A stretch of 31,874 nt of DNA from Bacillota bacterium (GTDB taxonomy: Bacteria; Bacillota; Dehalobacteriia; UBA4068), in assembly GCA_030528765.1 (NCBI GenBank), contig JAUMYD010000002.1:1-31874 (forward strand), given 5' to 3'. This document shows positions 1-9,166 of the stretch, piece after piece. Both the position numbers and the translations under genes were made by a program. Numbering within the stretch: position 1 is the stretch's first letter; every line of letters begins with the position of its first letter. The notes below the pieces were generated by a model, which searched no databases, was not told where the DNA came from, and saw only the letters and a list, made by a program, of their open reading frames with translations.

Positions 1-526
1 TATCCGGCCGCAGCACCAGTGCCCGGGCAATGGCCACACGTTGCTGCTGTCCGCCGGAAAGCTGGTGCGGATAGGAATGCAGGCGATTGGAAAGGCCCAC
101 CTGCTCCAGCCTGTCCCGGGCCTCCTCCTCCACCTTTTCCAGGATCATGTGGTATTTCTGCTTATCACGGTGCTTTCCCTTTGCCAGCAGCTGCGGCGCC
201 AGCATCACATTCTGCAAAGCCGTATACTGCGGAAACAGATTGAAGGACTGAAAGACCAGGCCAAAATGAAGCCGCTTTCTCCGAAGCTCCTCTTCATTCT
301 GCGGCTCCGGGCTTTCTGCGTCAAAAACGCACTTATCCTTTACCCAGATCTGCCCGGCATCCGGCGTTTCCAGGAAATTCAGACAGCGCAGCAGGGTGGT
401 CTTCCCACTGCCGGAGCTGCCGATAATGGCCAGAGCCTCCCCCTTCTGCAGAGAGAAATTTATATCCTGCAGGACCCGGGTGCTCCCAAATTTCTTATAG
501 ATCTGTTTTACTTCCAATATCGTCAT
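1..526 (-). CDS. Polar amino-acid ABC transporter ATP-binding protein (GlnQ-like), 3' end runs off the window
   Basis: Not in the ORF track; manual translation from ATG at 526 gives MTILEVKQIYKKFG...IIGSSGSGKTTLLRCLNFLE (Walker A) and LSGGQQQRVAIARAL (ABC signature) near the window edge; follows the permease. Confidence 0.95.
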   Translation of the reverse strand, partial: MTILEVKQIYKKFGSTRVLQDINFSLQKGEALAIIGSSGSGKTTLLRCLNFLETPDAGQIWVKDKCVFDAESPEPQNEEELRRKRLHFGLVFQSFNLFPQYTALQNVMLAPQLLAKGKHRDKQKYHMILEKVEEEARDRLEQVGLSNRLHSYPHQLSGGQQQRVAIARALVLRPD

Positions 527-528
527 AG

Positions 529-1182
529 TTACACCTTAAAATAAGACATTTTCTTTTCGATATAGCCGAAAACCAGCGTGAGCAGGCCGTTAAAGGCCAA
601 ATAGTAAACAGCGGTGAAAAAAAGCGGCCAGATCAGCCCCTCGCTCTTGATGTAGACCTGCGCATTCCAGATGATCTCATACACAGAGATGGTGCGGGCC
701 AGAGAAGTATCCTTCACCAGCGTGATGATCTCATTGCTCATAGGCGGCACGATGCGCTTGATCACCTGCAGCAGGATCACCTTAAAAAAAACCTGCCGCC
801 TGCTCATGCACAGGACCTCACCGGCTTCATACTGCCCGCGGGAAATACCTTCTATGCCGCCCCGGTAGATCTCCGAAAAATAGCAGGCATAATTGATGAT
901 GAATGCCACCAGGACCGCAATGAAGCGGGGCAGGAGCGGCCAATCAAAAAGCAGGCCGGGCCCGAAATAGATCACGATCAGCTGCAGCATCAGCGGAGTG
1001 CCGCGAATGATCCAGACCAGTGTCCGGCAGAACCAGCGGAGCGGATGCCACCTGCACATGGAGCCAAAGCAGATCAGCAGGCCCAGCGGCAGGGCACCCA
1101 GCAGCGTCAGGACAAAGATGCCCAGCGTCATACCAAAGCCCAGCAGAAGGCTGGAATTGATCTCCCAAAACAAATCCATCAC
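529..1182 (-). CDS. Polar amino-acid ABC transporter permease (HisM/GlnP family)
   Basis: IIRGTPLMLQL, NYACYFSEIYRGGI (EAA loop), LVKDTSLA motifs; hydrophobic segments. Confidence 0.95.
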   Translation of the reverse strand: MMDLFWEINSSLLLGFGMTLGIFVLTLLGALPLGLLICFGSMCRWHPLRWFCRTLVWIIRGTPLMLQLIVIYFGPGLLFDWPLLPRFIAVLVAFIINYACYFSEIYRGGIEGISRGQYEAGEVLCMSRRQVFFKVILLQVIKRIVPPMSNEIITLVKDTSLARTISVYEIIWNAQVYIKSEGLIWPLFFTAVYYLAFNGLLTLVFGYIEKKMSYFKV

Positions 1183-1246
1183 ATCCTAACCATAGAACAA
1201 AGGCAGAGGACCAAAAAAGGCCCCCTTCCTTTTGCTCTTCAAAGTT

Positions 1247-2044
1247 TTACTGATTGATCACCAGGGCACCGCTGAGCTCATATTTTTCGCCCAGCTCCTG
1301 AATGAAGCCTTCCTGCACCAGCTCATCGATGATGGCATCCACAGCGGCAGCCGTATCAGAGCCCTTACGAAAGCCAATGCCATATTCTTCACTGGTCAGC
1401 GGAATGCCGAAAGCCAGATCCGCATAGCTGGTGCCTTCACCGGTCATGGCAGCTGCCATGGTAATATCGATCACACAGGCATCCGAAGAGCCGCTGGCAA
1501 CTTCCAGCAGGGCATCAGCCTGGCTGCCCACTGCAATGTAATCCCCATCCAGGCCGTTTTCCAAAATGGCCTTTTCGCCGGAGGAACCGGCTTCCGCAGC
1601 AAAGCGCAGATCCACCAGACTCTCCACCGTGTCATAATCTGCCAGCAGATCACCATTCATCACAACGACCTGTGCATTGTTGATGTAAGGCTGAGAACAG
1701 CTCATGGCATTGAGGACTTCATCCGTCATTGTCATGCCGTTCCAGACACAATCGATGCTCTTCGCATCCAGCTCCAGGATCTTGTTATCCCAGCTGATCT
1801 CGATAAATTCCGGGGTAATGCCCAGCTTCTCACAGACAGCCTGTGCAAATTCGGTATCAAAGCCGGTCCACTCCCCATCAGCATCCCGGTAGTTCATGGG
1901 TTCATAATCCGTGATCCCAATGATCATAACGCCCTTATCCTGAATATAGGCCAAGTCACTTTCCCCATCGGCAGAGCCGCAGCCGCAGAGCAGCATAGAA
2001 AGGCCAAGCAGGCAAAGCATTAGCAGCAGCATCGTTTTTTTCAT
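1247..2044 (-). CDS. Polar amino-acid ABC transporter substrate-binding lipoprotein
   Basis: Start re-placed at ATG 2044 (MKKTMLL) behind AGGAGG; lipobox LCGC; GFDTEFAQAVCEKLG and EEYGIGFRKG typical of SBP family 3. Confidence 0.93.
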   Translation of the reverse strand: MKKTMLLLMLCLLGLSMLLCGCGSADGESDLAYIQDKGVMIIGITDYEPMNYRDADGEWTGFDTEFAQAVCEKLGITPEFIEISWDNKILELDAKSIDCVWNGMTMTDEVLNAMSCSQPYINNAQVVVMNGDLLADYDTVESLVDLRFAAEAGSSGEKAILENGLDGDYIAVGSQADALLEVASGSSDACVIDITMAAAMTGEGTSYADLAFGIPLTSEEYGIGFRKGSDTAAAVDAIIDELVQEGFIQELGEKYELSGALVINQ

Positions 2045-2350
2045 AATTCTTTTCCTCCTGAGATATGTGTCGACCGCTCCGGCCAAGATATTTTGCGGCT
2101 CCTATTATACATAAAAATTTTAGCTTTTTCAATAAGCAATATGCCAGTGATTTAATTTGCTAAATCAATACCACAGCATAATCACAATTTAATTTTCTGA
2201 CAAATAGAAAAAGGCTGGCACAAGCTGGACACTTAGGGTATAATATTTTTATGGATTTTTGCCCGCTGAGCTTGCCGCAGCGGAAACACAACAAACAGTG
2301 AGGCATGTACCGAACATCAACTTAATTTAATTTATGGAGGGAATTTATTC

Positions 2351-3343
2351 ATGAGCCTGATCGAAAGCATTCGCGAAAGAGCCAGAAAAGCCGACAGACA
2401 CATCGTCCTGGCAGAGGGAACCGAAAAACGTACCGTTAAAGCAGCTGAGATCCTCACGAAGGAAAAAATCGCCCGCATCAGCCTGGTCGGAAATGTGGAA
2501 GAAGTGCAGAAGGTCGCAGCAGAAGTGGGCGCTGATCTGACCGGCGTAAACATCGTGGATCCCGCTGCCTCCGAATGGTATGATGATTTCGCGGAAACCT
2601 ATTGCAAGCTCCGCGAGAAAAAGGGCATGACCATCGAAAAAGCCCGGGAAACCATGCTGAAGCCCCTGTATTTCGGCGTTATGATGGTCTATAAGAATAT
2701 CTGCGATGGCATGGTGGCCGGTGCCCAGAATTCCACCGGTGATGTGCTCCGCCCCGGCTTCGAGATCATTAAAACCAAGCCCGGCATCTCCGCTGTTTCC
2801 GGCGCCTTCCTCATGCTGACGCCTGCCACCCAGTTCGGCGAAAACGGACTGCTTGTCTTTGCAGATTGCGCTGTGAACCCCACCCTCACTGCTGACCAGA
2901 TGGCTGAAGTGGCCTGGTGCACCGCGCAGACCGCCAAGGACATCGCCGGGATCGAAGAACCCAAGGTCGCCATGCTCAGCTTCTCCACCAAGGGCAGCGC
3001 CAAGCATGAGCTGGTGGACAAAGTTACCGAAGCTACCCGCATCGCGAAGGAAAAATACCCTGATATGATGGTAGATGGCGAGCTGCAGCTGGACGCTGCC
3101 ATCGTTCCCTCCGTGGGCGAATTCAAAGCCCCCGGCAGTCCTGTTGCCGGCCATGCCAATGTTCTGGTATTCCCCGGCCTGGAAACCGGTAATGCCTGCT
3201 ACAAAGCTGTTCAGCGCTTCAGCGGTGCTGAAGCCATCGGCCCGGTGCTCCAGGGCATGAACAAACCCGTCAATGACCTCTCCCGCGGCTGCTCCATCGA
3301 TGATATCGTGAACACCGTGGCCATGGTCTGCTGCCAGCAGTAA
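2351..3343 (+). CDS. pta: Phosphate acetyltransferase
   Basis: IVLAEG, DGMVAGA, VFADCAVNP, AMLSFSTKGS, DGELQLDAAIV, GPVLQGMNKPVNDLSRGC; GGAGG SD upstream. Confidence 0.97.
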   Translation: MSLIESIRERARKADRHIVLAEGTEKRTVKAAEILTKEKIARISLVGNVEEVQKVAAEVGADLTGVNIVDPAASEWYDDFAETYCKLREKKGMTIEKARETMLKPLYFGVMMVYKNICDGMVAGAQNSTGDVLRPGFEIIKTKPGISAVSGAFLMLTPATQFGENGLLVFADCAVNPTLTADQMAEVAWCTAQTAKDIAGIEEPKVAMLSFSTKGSAKHELVDKVTEATRIAKEKYPDMMVDGELQLDAAIVPSVGEFKAPGSPVAGHANVLVFPGLETGNACYKAVQRFSGAEAIGPVLQGMNKPVNDLSRGCSIDDIVNTVAMVCCQQ

Positions 3344-3400
3344 GCCCTTCGGCCCGGAGGCCAATCCCTGAAACGACAAACCCACCATCTGCATCAGTGC

Positions 3401-4012
3401 AGGTGCACCTGTCAAGCAAAGGCAGACAATAAAACCCATAGCATTAGAAGCCCAGTTCGGTCTTGTACTGAACTGGGCTTTTATAAGCCAGAGCGGCCGC
3501 AGGCCGCCTGTGATTGAAGAAATCCACATACTCATCCGATAACTCAGGAAGATTCTCCGCAGTACCCAGAGCAAAGTCGAGGAATGAGAAGGATGTTTCT
3601 CATGTTGCTCGAACAGGAGCCTGCTTTTCTCATACTGGTTCAGTGTTCCCTGGCGGTTTTTCCATTTGTAGTAACCGGCTTTACTGACTCCCGTGAGCTG
3701 ACAGAGAAAAACAATTGGATATTTCGCTTTTAGAATTTCGATGATTTCAAACTCGCATCTCGTCCAGCAACGTACGCCTTGCCTGCACCAGCTCCTTCCT
3801 CCCAATATCCTTTTCTTAAGCGAGCGATCTCTATCTCCTGTTTTGCGACCACCAGCCGCAACCGTTCCAACTCAGATAGATTCTTGCTCCGATGTAATGC
3901 TGCAAACCTATTACCGGGTCATGGGAGATGGCGAGGATTTTCGTCTCCGGCAAGATACTCCTTTGTCCAAGGGCAGATCAAGCATGCTATGTTCTGCTAT
4001 CTTACAGATTTG
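3401..4012 (-). mobile_element. Degenerate, internally deleted IS3-family insertion sequence
   Basis: Minus strand encodes an OrfA C-terminus (GNRFAALHRSKNLSELERLRLVVAKQEIEIARLRKGYW, in-frame TGA just upstream), an OrfB N-terminus (EIIEILKAKYPIVFLCQLTGVSKAGYYKW) and an OrfB C-terminus (EYVDFFNHRRPAAALAYKSPVQYKTELGF*); the DDE core between them is missing. Family assignment is from recalled motifs; element ends approximate. Confidence 0.85.
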
Positions 4013-4074
4013 TCTGCATCAGTGCGGGCGGTGGGTTTTCTTTTCTCCTTCTGGGCAGCTCAGGCCGGCTCTCT

Positions 4075-4461
4075 TCAGTCAGGCTCTTCCTTTTTCAGCT
4101 CCGCACGGGCCAGAGCAAAACCCAGCCCCAGCCAGGCCCCCAGTACAGAAAGCAGTACAGCTGCTGCTCCCGACAAAAGCAAAAGCAGCCAGGGCAGGTG
4201 GATTTTGTAAAACAAAAGCAACAGGGCCGGAAGCAGCAGCCAGAAGCCCCCGTTCAGCAGGGAAGCTCTGCGCCAAAGCTCCGGCCAGGCAGAACCCAGG
4301 CTGCAGCCCGCACACAGAGGCAGAGCAGCCAGCCACAGCCAAAAGGGCAGACGAAGATCCAGCTGCCACTCTCCCTGCAGCAGCAGGGCCAAAGCCCACA
4401 GCCCGGCCAGAAGCAGCAAAAACGGCGGCAGCAGGGCCCGGAAAAAAACTCTCATTGGCAT
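4075..4461 (-). CDS. Hypothetical membrane protein (128 aa)
   Basis: GGAGG immediately upstream of ATG 4461 (MPMRVFFRALL); Leu-rich hydrophobic segments. Confidence 0.6.
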   Translation of the reverse strand: MPMRVFFRALLPPFLLLLAGLWALALLLQGEWQLDLRLPFWLWLAALPLCAGCSLGSAWPELWRRASLLNGGFWLLLPALLLLFYKIHLPWLLLLLSGAAAVLLSVLGAWLGLGFALARAELKKEEPD

Positions 4462-4526
4462 CCCTCCACTCCAGCATATGCAGGCCACCATGGCAGCAGC
4501 ACCGAAGCAGAAAACTTTTCGTGATA

Positions 4527-4556
4527 TTGACAAAAAGAAAGATGCCGCCCTATAAT
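4527..4556 (+). promoter_or_regulatory. Sigma-A/sigma-70 promoter of the DMT gene
   Basis: TTGACA (4527-4532), 18-nt spacer, TATAAT (4551-4556). Confidence 0.8.
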
Positions 4557-4562
4557 TAAAAA

Positions 4563-5537
4563 ATGCTGCATCCAAGGGAGAATAGTTCCGTGTCTTTATC
4601 CATCAAGCAAAAAAAGGCTTTTGCCGTTATCAGCATTCTCTGCACCACTGCCATCTGGGGTTTTTCCTTCGTGATCATGAAAAACTCCATGGAGATCCTT
4701 TCGCCCCTCTGGTTTCTGGCCTGCCGCTTCAGCCTGGCCAGCCTGATCATGCTCCTGCTGAATCTGCCCAGGCTGAAAGGGCTAAGCCTGGTGAATCTGC
4801 GGGATGCGTTCTGGATCGGCCTGCCCCTGGCCTTCGGCTATGCCATGCAGACCCTGGGGCTCAATATAACCACTGCCAGCAATTCTGCCTTTATCACCGG
4901 CATTTACGTTGTGTTTATCCCCCTGATCAGCTGGTTCTTTACGAAGAAGCTGAAAGCCTGGCAGCTGCTGGTGGCCTTTTTGGCCTTTGTGGGGCTGGCC
5001 GCCCTTTCGCTGGATGCGAACCTGCACATCAACCGGGGGGATCTGCTGGTTCTGGCCGGAGCACTGGGCTATGCTGCGCACTTTTTGGTGCTGGATCATT
5101 ATACCAAGCTCTACGACAGCCTGCTCATCAGCGCACTGCAGATCTTCACCTGCACACTGCTGCTGATCCTGGCCGCCCTTCTCTTTGAGCCCCTGCCCAC
5201 AGCCGATCAATTCCCCCCCAGTGTGCTGCACTCCCTTTTATTCACCGCCGCACTGGGCACGGGCCTGGGCTTCCTGGTGCAGACCGCAGCCCAAAAAGTG
5301 CTGGAGCCTACCCCGGCCTCCATCCTTTTCACCTCGGAAACCCTTTTTGCCGCCTTTTTCGGCACCGTTTTGCTGAATGAACGCTTCATTCCCCGGCAGA
5401 TCATGGGAGGGATCATTCTGATCGCCTGCATGATCGCTTCTGTGGTGGAAAAAAAGCCCGGTTCCGCAGCGGAAAAGCTTCCCGCTGCAGAAGAAAGGCC
5501 GTCCGGGGAAGCGGCTCCTGCCAAAACAGACGCTTAG
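4563..5537 (+). CDS. DMT/EamA-family transporter
   Basis: IWGFSF, RFSLA, GLNITTASNSAFITG, GDLLVLAGALGYA, ETLFAAFFG; ~10 TM segments. True start may be GTG 4590 (GGAG 9 nt upstream). Confidence 0.92.
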   Translation: MLHPRENSSVSLSIKQKKAFAVISILCTTAIWGFSFVIMKNSMEILSPLWFLACRFSLASLIMLLLNLPRLKGLSLVNLRDAFWIGLPLAFGYAMQTLGLNITTASNSAFITGIYVVFIPLISWFFTKKLKAWQLLVAFLAFVGLAALSLDANLHINRGDLLVLAGALGYAAHFLVLDHYTKLYDSLLISALQIFTCTLLLILAALLFEPLPTADQFPPSVLHSLLFTAALGTGLGFLVQTAAQKVLEPTPASILFTSETLFAAFFGTVLLNERFIPRQIMGGIILIACMIASVVEKKPGSAAEKLPAAEERPSGEAAPAKTDA

Positions 5538-5557
5538 AAAAGCCTCTCAGAAAAGAT

Positions 5558-6145
5558 CTAACAGGAAAGCAGTATCCTCTGCTTCAGAAACAGCCTCGTC
5601 CCCTCCTGCCGGTAACTGGGCCGCCCCAGCAGGCTGGCCTGGGGAAGGCAGCGCTGTCGCCAGGAGAAGCAAGGGCTGCGGCGCTCCTCTTCCCGCCTTA
5701 TGCGGCAGCAGCGGTCATGGTATTCCAGAAAAAAGTGCAGATCCAGCGCAAAGCGATCCGGGCTCAGCCAGCGCAGGGCAGCAAGCTCTGTTCGGACCTG
5801 CCGGATGCGGCAGCCCGGCGGCAGGCTGAATTCTGCCCGGATCTCCTGCTCTCCGGTGCCCACAGCCGGGTCGCAGCTCTGCTTTTCCCAGATGCAATCC
5901 TCCCCGGGCGAAGAGCTCTCCGGGCAAGAGTCCCCGGGCTTCTCCTCCCCAGGGCAGCATCGCCAGGCTCCGCAGGCCTCCGCTTCCCGGCGGGGCTGGC
6001 GCTGCGGGGCGGGCGCTCCGGGAAAGGAAGGGCAAATCCAGGACATTGGCCAACACAGGGGCGGCCCCCAACAGAACATGGGCCAGCAGTGGCGGGGCAT
6101 ACAGCGTTCCATCTGGGATTCAAGACCATAGCAGCGATTATCCAT
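5558..6145 (-). CDS. Cys-rich hypothetical protein (195 aa), possibly spore-associated
   Basis: AAGGAG SD fits ATG 6145; 18 Cys counted; no family recognised. Confidence 0.5.
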   Translation of the reverse strand: MDNRCYGLESQMERCMPRHCWPMFCWGPPLCWPMSWICPSFPGAPAPQRQPRREAEACGAWRCCPGEEKPGDSCPESSSPGEDCIWEKQSCDPAVGTGEQEIRAEFSLPPGCRIRQVRTELAALRWLSPDRFALDLHFFLEYHDRCCRIRREEERRSPCFSWRQRCLPQASLLGRPSYRQEGTRLFLKQRILLSC

Positions 6146-6185
6146 ATACATCATCTCCTTTTCGTTTGCAGGCCGGGGCTATCAC

Positions 6186-6213
6186 AATATATGCAGGCAA
6201 ATCTCCCCTTGTG
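6186..6213 (-). promoter_or_regulatory. Possible sigma-K/sigma-E-type promoter of the Cys-rich gene
   Basis: Minus strand reads ACA-N16-CATATATT, fitting the AC-N16/17-CATAnnnT mother-cell consensus. Confidence 0.35.
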
Positions 6214-6226
6214 GCAGAAAAAATGC

Positions 6227-6255
6227 TTGAACTTTTGCAGCCAATCAGTTATACT
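6227..6255 (+). promoter_or_regulatory. Sigma-A promoter of the tRNA pair
   Basis: TTGAAC (6227-6232), 17 nt, TATACT (6250-6255). Confidence 0.75.
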
Positions 6256-6287
6256 ATATAGGCTAAGTTCCTTTTGAAGAAAATCAT

Positions 6288-6361
6288 GCGGGTGTAGCTC
6301 AATGGCAGAGCTCCAGCCTTCCAAGCTGGCTACGTGGGTTCGATTCCCATCACCCGCTCCA
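6288..6361 (+). tRNA. tRNA-Gly (anticodon TCC)
   Basis: GCGGGTG/CACCCGC acceptor stem, CCAGC-CTTCCAA-GCTGG anticodon arm, GGTTCGATT T-loop, encoded CCA. Confidence 0.97.
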
Positions 6362-6366
6362 GACCT

Positions 6367-6443
6367 GCGCCAATAGCTCAGCAGGATAGAGCAACGGACT
6401 TCTAATCCGTGGGTCGGGGGTTCGAATCCCTTTTGGCGCACCA
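6367..6443 (+). tRNA. tRNA-Arg (anticodon TCT)
   Basis: GCGCCAA/TTGGCGC acceptor stem, ACGGA-CTTCTAA-TCCGT anticodon arm, TTCGAAT T-loop, encoded CCA. Confidence 0.97.
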
Positions 6444-6478
6444 AAAACGCCCAAAACTATACATGTTTTGGGCGTTTT
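6444..6478 (+). terminator. Hairpin directly after the tRNAs
   Basis: 14-bp perfect stem AAAACGCCCAAAAC / GTTTTGGGCGTTTT. Confidence 0.7.
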
Positions 6479-6568
6479 CAGCTAAAGGCAGCCCCCGAAA
6501 AGCAGAGTTTCTTCCCGCCGGGAGGCGCCCGGGCCGCGCATCTTTATCTATTTTGGAGGTTTGAAAAC

Positions 6569-7057
6569 ATGGCAGCAAAAAGCACATTAGTAGAAACAAA
6601 AAAACAGCTGAAGACCTTTAAGGATTTTTGCATCTTCTGGGTTTTAATCATTGCCGTCAGCATAATCAATTCCCTGATAACCTTCTTCCGTTTTGATCTC
6701 GCCCCGGAGAATTTGCCCGGTCTGGCAAATGCTGCCCTTGAGGAACAGGTGCTCAGCTTCCTGATCATCATCCTGATCATCAATCTGCTGATCCATCTGG
6801 TCAATCTCTTCCTGGCAATCAAAGGCATCCGCATTTCCGCTGCCCCCGGTAACAAAAAAGGGCACATCGTTCTGGGCACTGTCATGTGCGTGCTCTACGC
6901 CATTGCTACTCTGTCCTCGATCTCTGCGCTGTTCAACAGCGTGAACCTTTTCACAGATCTGCTGACTGCGATCCTCAATCTCTGCAATCTGGCGATCCTC
7001 ATTATCTACATCAGCATGGCGAAAAAAATTCGTTTATCCGCCAAAAGCAAAAAATAA
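6569..7057 (+). CDS. Hypothetical membrane protein (162 aa, ~4 TM)
   Basis: GGAGGT SD; four hydrophobic segments. Confidence 0.8.
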   Translation: MAAKSTLVETKKQLKTFKDFCIFWVLIIAVSIINSLITFFRFDLAPENLPGLANAALEEQVLSFLIIILIINLLIHLVNLFLAIKGIRISAAPGNKKGHIVLGTVMCVLYAIATLSSISALFNSVNLFTDLLTAILNLCNLAILIIYISMAKKIRLSAKSKK

Positions 7058-7125
7058 GCCATCCTCTCAGGGGGAGCTTTTTCCCTCCCTGTTTTGGGGT
7101 GATCGCTTTTCTGAACAGATGCAGC

Positions 7126-7160
7126 AAAAGACAGGCCTTCTCGGCCTGTCTTTTCTTTTC
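7126..7160 (+). terminator. Intrinsic terminator
   Basis: AAAAGACAGGCC-ttctc-GGCCTGTCTTTT followed by more T. Confidence 0.75.
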
Positions 7161-7301
7161 CCACTGCCTGCTCTGCCGGGATGCCTGAGGAAAAAAGAAA
7201 AAAACCCCCTCGGCTGCAAGCCTTTTTTCCGCATTTGTGGTATACTGTTTTTGCCTCGGCTGCTTTTTTCGAAAAGCAGAAGCTGAGCCAAGAAAGGAGA
7301 A

Positions 7302-8189
7302 ATGATCGTGGATTTGAACTACTTATTCTTTTTGCAGCAGCTGCGGGAAGCCGCACCGACCTGGCTCAATGCGTTCCTTCTTTTCTTTTCCGAGCTCATG
7401 GGCAGCAGCCTGGCGCTGGGGCTTCTGGCGCTGATCTACTGGTGCATCAGCAAGAAAGACGGGAGCTTCCTTCTGCTGAACTTTTCCGGTGCCTATCTTT
7501 TCAATCAGGGTCTGAAAAACATCTTCCGGGTGGATCGCCCCTTCCTTCGGGATGCCCGCCTTCAGCCCTATACCGCTGCCAGCGGCTATTCCTTCCCCAG
7601 CGGCCACACCATGCTCTCCACCTCTGTTTATGTGGGGCTGGCTGCCCGCCTGCGGCAAAAAAAGGCCCTGCTGATCCTCTGCATCCTGCTGACCCTGCTC
7701 ACTGCCTTCGGCAGAAACTGGCTGGGCGTGCATACGCCTCAGGATGTGCTGGTGGGCATCGCTGCCTCCTGCCTGGTGGTGGCACTGAATTCCTTCCTGC
7801 TGAACTGGGTGGAAAGCCATGAAAAATGGGATTGGCTGCTCTGCCTGCTGGGCCTGGCGCTGGCCGGGCTGATCCTGCTCTTTTGCCCCGGCAGTGGGAA
7901 GGTGGTGGGCATCTATAGCGGAACCCTGCTGGGCTGGCTGCTGGAACGGCGCTGCATCCGCTTTGAGATCCGCGGCGGCTTCCTGTACCGGGCCCTGCTC
8001 TTTGCCGGTGGCATGGCTCTGCTGCTGCTCCTGCACAAGCTACTGCTGCCCGCACTCTTTGTTTCTCTGGAGCCCCAGCTCTCCGCCGGCCTCAGTCATT
8101 TCCTGATCTTCCTGCTGATCATGGCAGGCTGGCCTGCGCTGATGATGCTTTTCCACAAGCTCTTCCGAAAAAGCAGTCCCAGAGCCTGA
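7302..8189 (+). CDS. PAP2-family membrane phosphatase
   Basis: C1 KNIFRVDRP, C2 FPSGH, C3 GRNWLGVHTPQDV; AAGGAG SD. Confidence 0.93.
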   Translation: MIVDLNYLFFLQQLREAAPTWLNAFLLFFSELMGSSLALGLLALIYWCISKKDGSFLLLNFSGAYLFNQGLKNIFRVDRPFLRDARLQPYTAASGYSFPSGHTMLSTSVYVGLAARLRQKKALLILCILLTLLTAFGRNWLGVHTPQDVLVGIAASCLVVALNSFLLNWVESHEKWDWLLCLLGLALAGLILLFCPGSGKVVGIYSGTLLGWLLERRCIRFEIRGGFLYRALLFAGGMALLLLLHKLLLPALFVSLEPQLSAGLSHFLIFLLIMAGWPALMMLFHKLFRKSSPRA

Positions 8190-8261
8190 GCCCAAAACCC
8201 AAGGCAGCCCGTAAAAAGCTGCTTTCCCCTTCGGGAAGGCGGCGTCAAGGAAAAACTGCAA

Positions 8262-8296
8262 AAAAAGGCACACTTCCCGGGGAAGTGTGCCTTTTT
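8262..8296. terminator. Bidirectional terminator between convergent genes
   Basis: 16-bp perfect stem AAAAAGGCACACTTCC / GGAAGTGTGCCTTTTT. Confidence 0.85.
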
Positions 8297-8330
8297 CAAC
8301 GTATGCAGTATCTCCTGCCGCAGCAGCGGT

Positions 8331-9077
8331 TTAGGGGATATAAACACGGATCATGGCGATGATCTGACCATCCTGGATCACGATCTGCGTATTGTTGGGG
8401 TTGAAATCATATTCGATGGGAGAATCCGGCTGAAGGAAATCGCCGGCCAAATAGGTGACCTCGCCTTTTTCCAGATCAGACTGATCACTGTAGACGAATT
8501 CATCACCGTTCACCCGCAGCGTGGTGCTGCCGATGCTCTGCCAGTATTTGTGGTCATTCATGCCGCTTTCAAAGAAGATACCGCTGCCGTCGCCGCTGGT
8601 CAGCTCATAGCCGCCGGCTTCGATGCCGCCATTGATGAAAATACGGCCGTTTTCATCCTGCTCCAGGCTTTCCACCAGAACTTCTTCCTGGCGGAGAAGA
8701 ATGGTATCGCCCTCTTTCATGGTGGCGATATCGACCATATCATAATATTCGTAGATGAATACTTCCACATCCATCTGCATGGCGCCATCGTCATCCAGAT
8801 AAATGCCGCCTTCCTGGATGGATACGGCGACGGTGCAATCCGTCAGATTATTGATATCGATATCCACGGGCAGGGGGTTGATCAAAACGCCTTCTTCCCC
8901 ATCAGCTTCCCCGGATTCTTCGGGCTCTTCGTTCTCAGGAGGAGTGGGCTCCACATCATTTTCCGTTTCGCCTTCCACAGAGACCTCCGGCGGATCCGCA
9001 GGAGCCTCTTCCTGGGGGCTGCCGCAGGCACTCAAAAAGAGGCAGCAGCACAAGAGCAATGCAGCGAGTTTTTTCAT
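8331..9077 (-). CDS. Hypothetical acidic lipoprotein (248 aa)
   Basis: MKKLAALLLCCCLFLSAC signal/lipobox from ATG 9077; Glu/Pro-rich linker, then an acidic domain. Confidence 0.8.
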   Translation of the reverse strand: MKKLAALLLCCCLFLSACGSPQEEAPADPPEVSVEGETENDVEPTPPENEEPEESGEADGEEGVLINPLPVDIDINNLTDCTVAVSIQEGGIYLDDDGAMQMDVEVFIYEYYDMVDIATMKEGDTILLRQEEVLVESLEQDENGRIFINGGIEAGGYELTSGDGSGIFFESGMNDHKYWQSIGSTTLRVNGDEFVYSDQSDLEKGEVTYLAGDFLQPDSPIEYDFNPNNTQIVIQDGQIIAMIRVYIP

Positions 9078-9166
9078 TTCAAACACACCTTCCGTAAATT
9101 TATTTCTGTTTGCCTCCTCCAAAGTAACCAAGGAAGCGAAGCAGTTTGCGAAGTTAAAAATGCAGG

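Noticed and set aside
2345-3805. 486-aa minus-strand ORF overlapping pta
   Set aside because: Antisense shadow of pta fused to IS3 OrfB fragments; only the IS part is meaningful.
4551-4565. Leaderless mRNA for the DMT gene (ATG 7 nt after TATAAT)
   Set aside because: An SD-led GTG at 4590 explains initiation equally well; cannot be decided from sequence.
6367-6443. tRNA-Arg(TCT) as the integration site of the accessory block
   Set aside because: I found no duplicated tRNA 3' end and no integrase in the window, and ordinary genes lie between the tRNA and the array.
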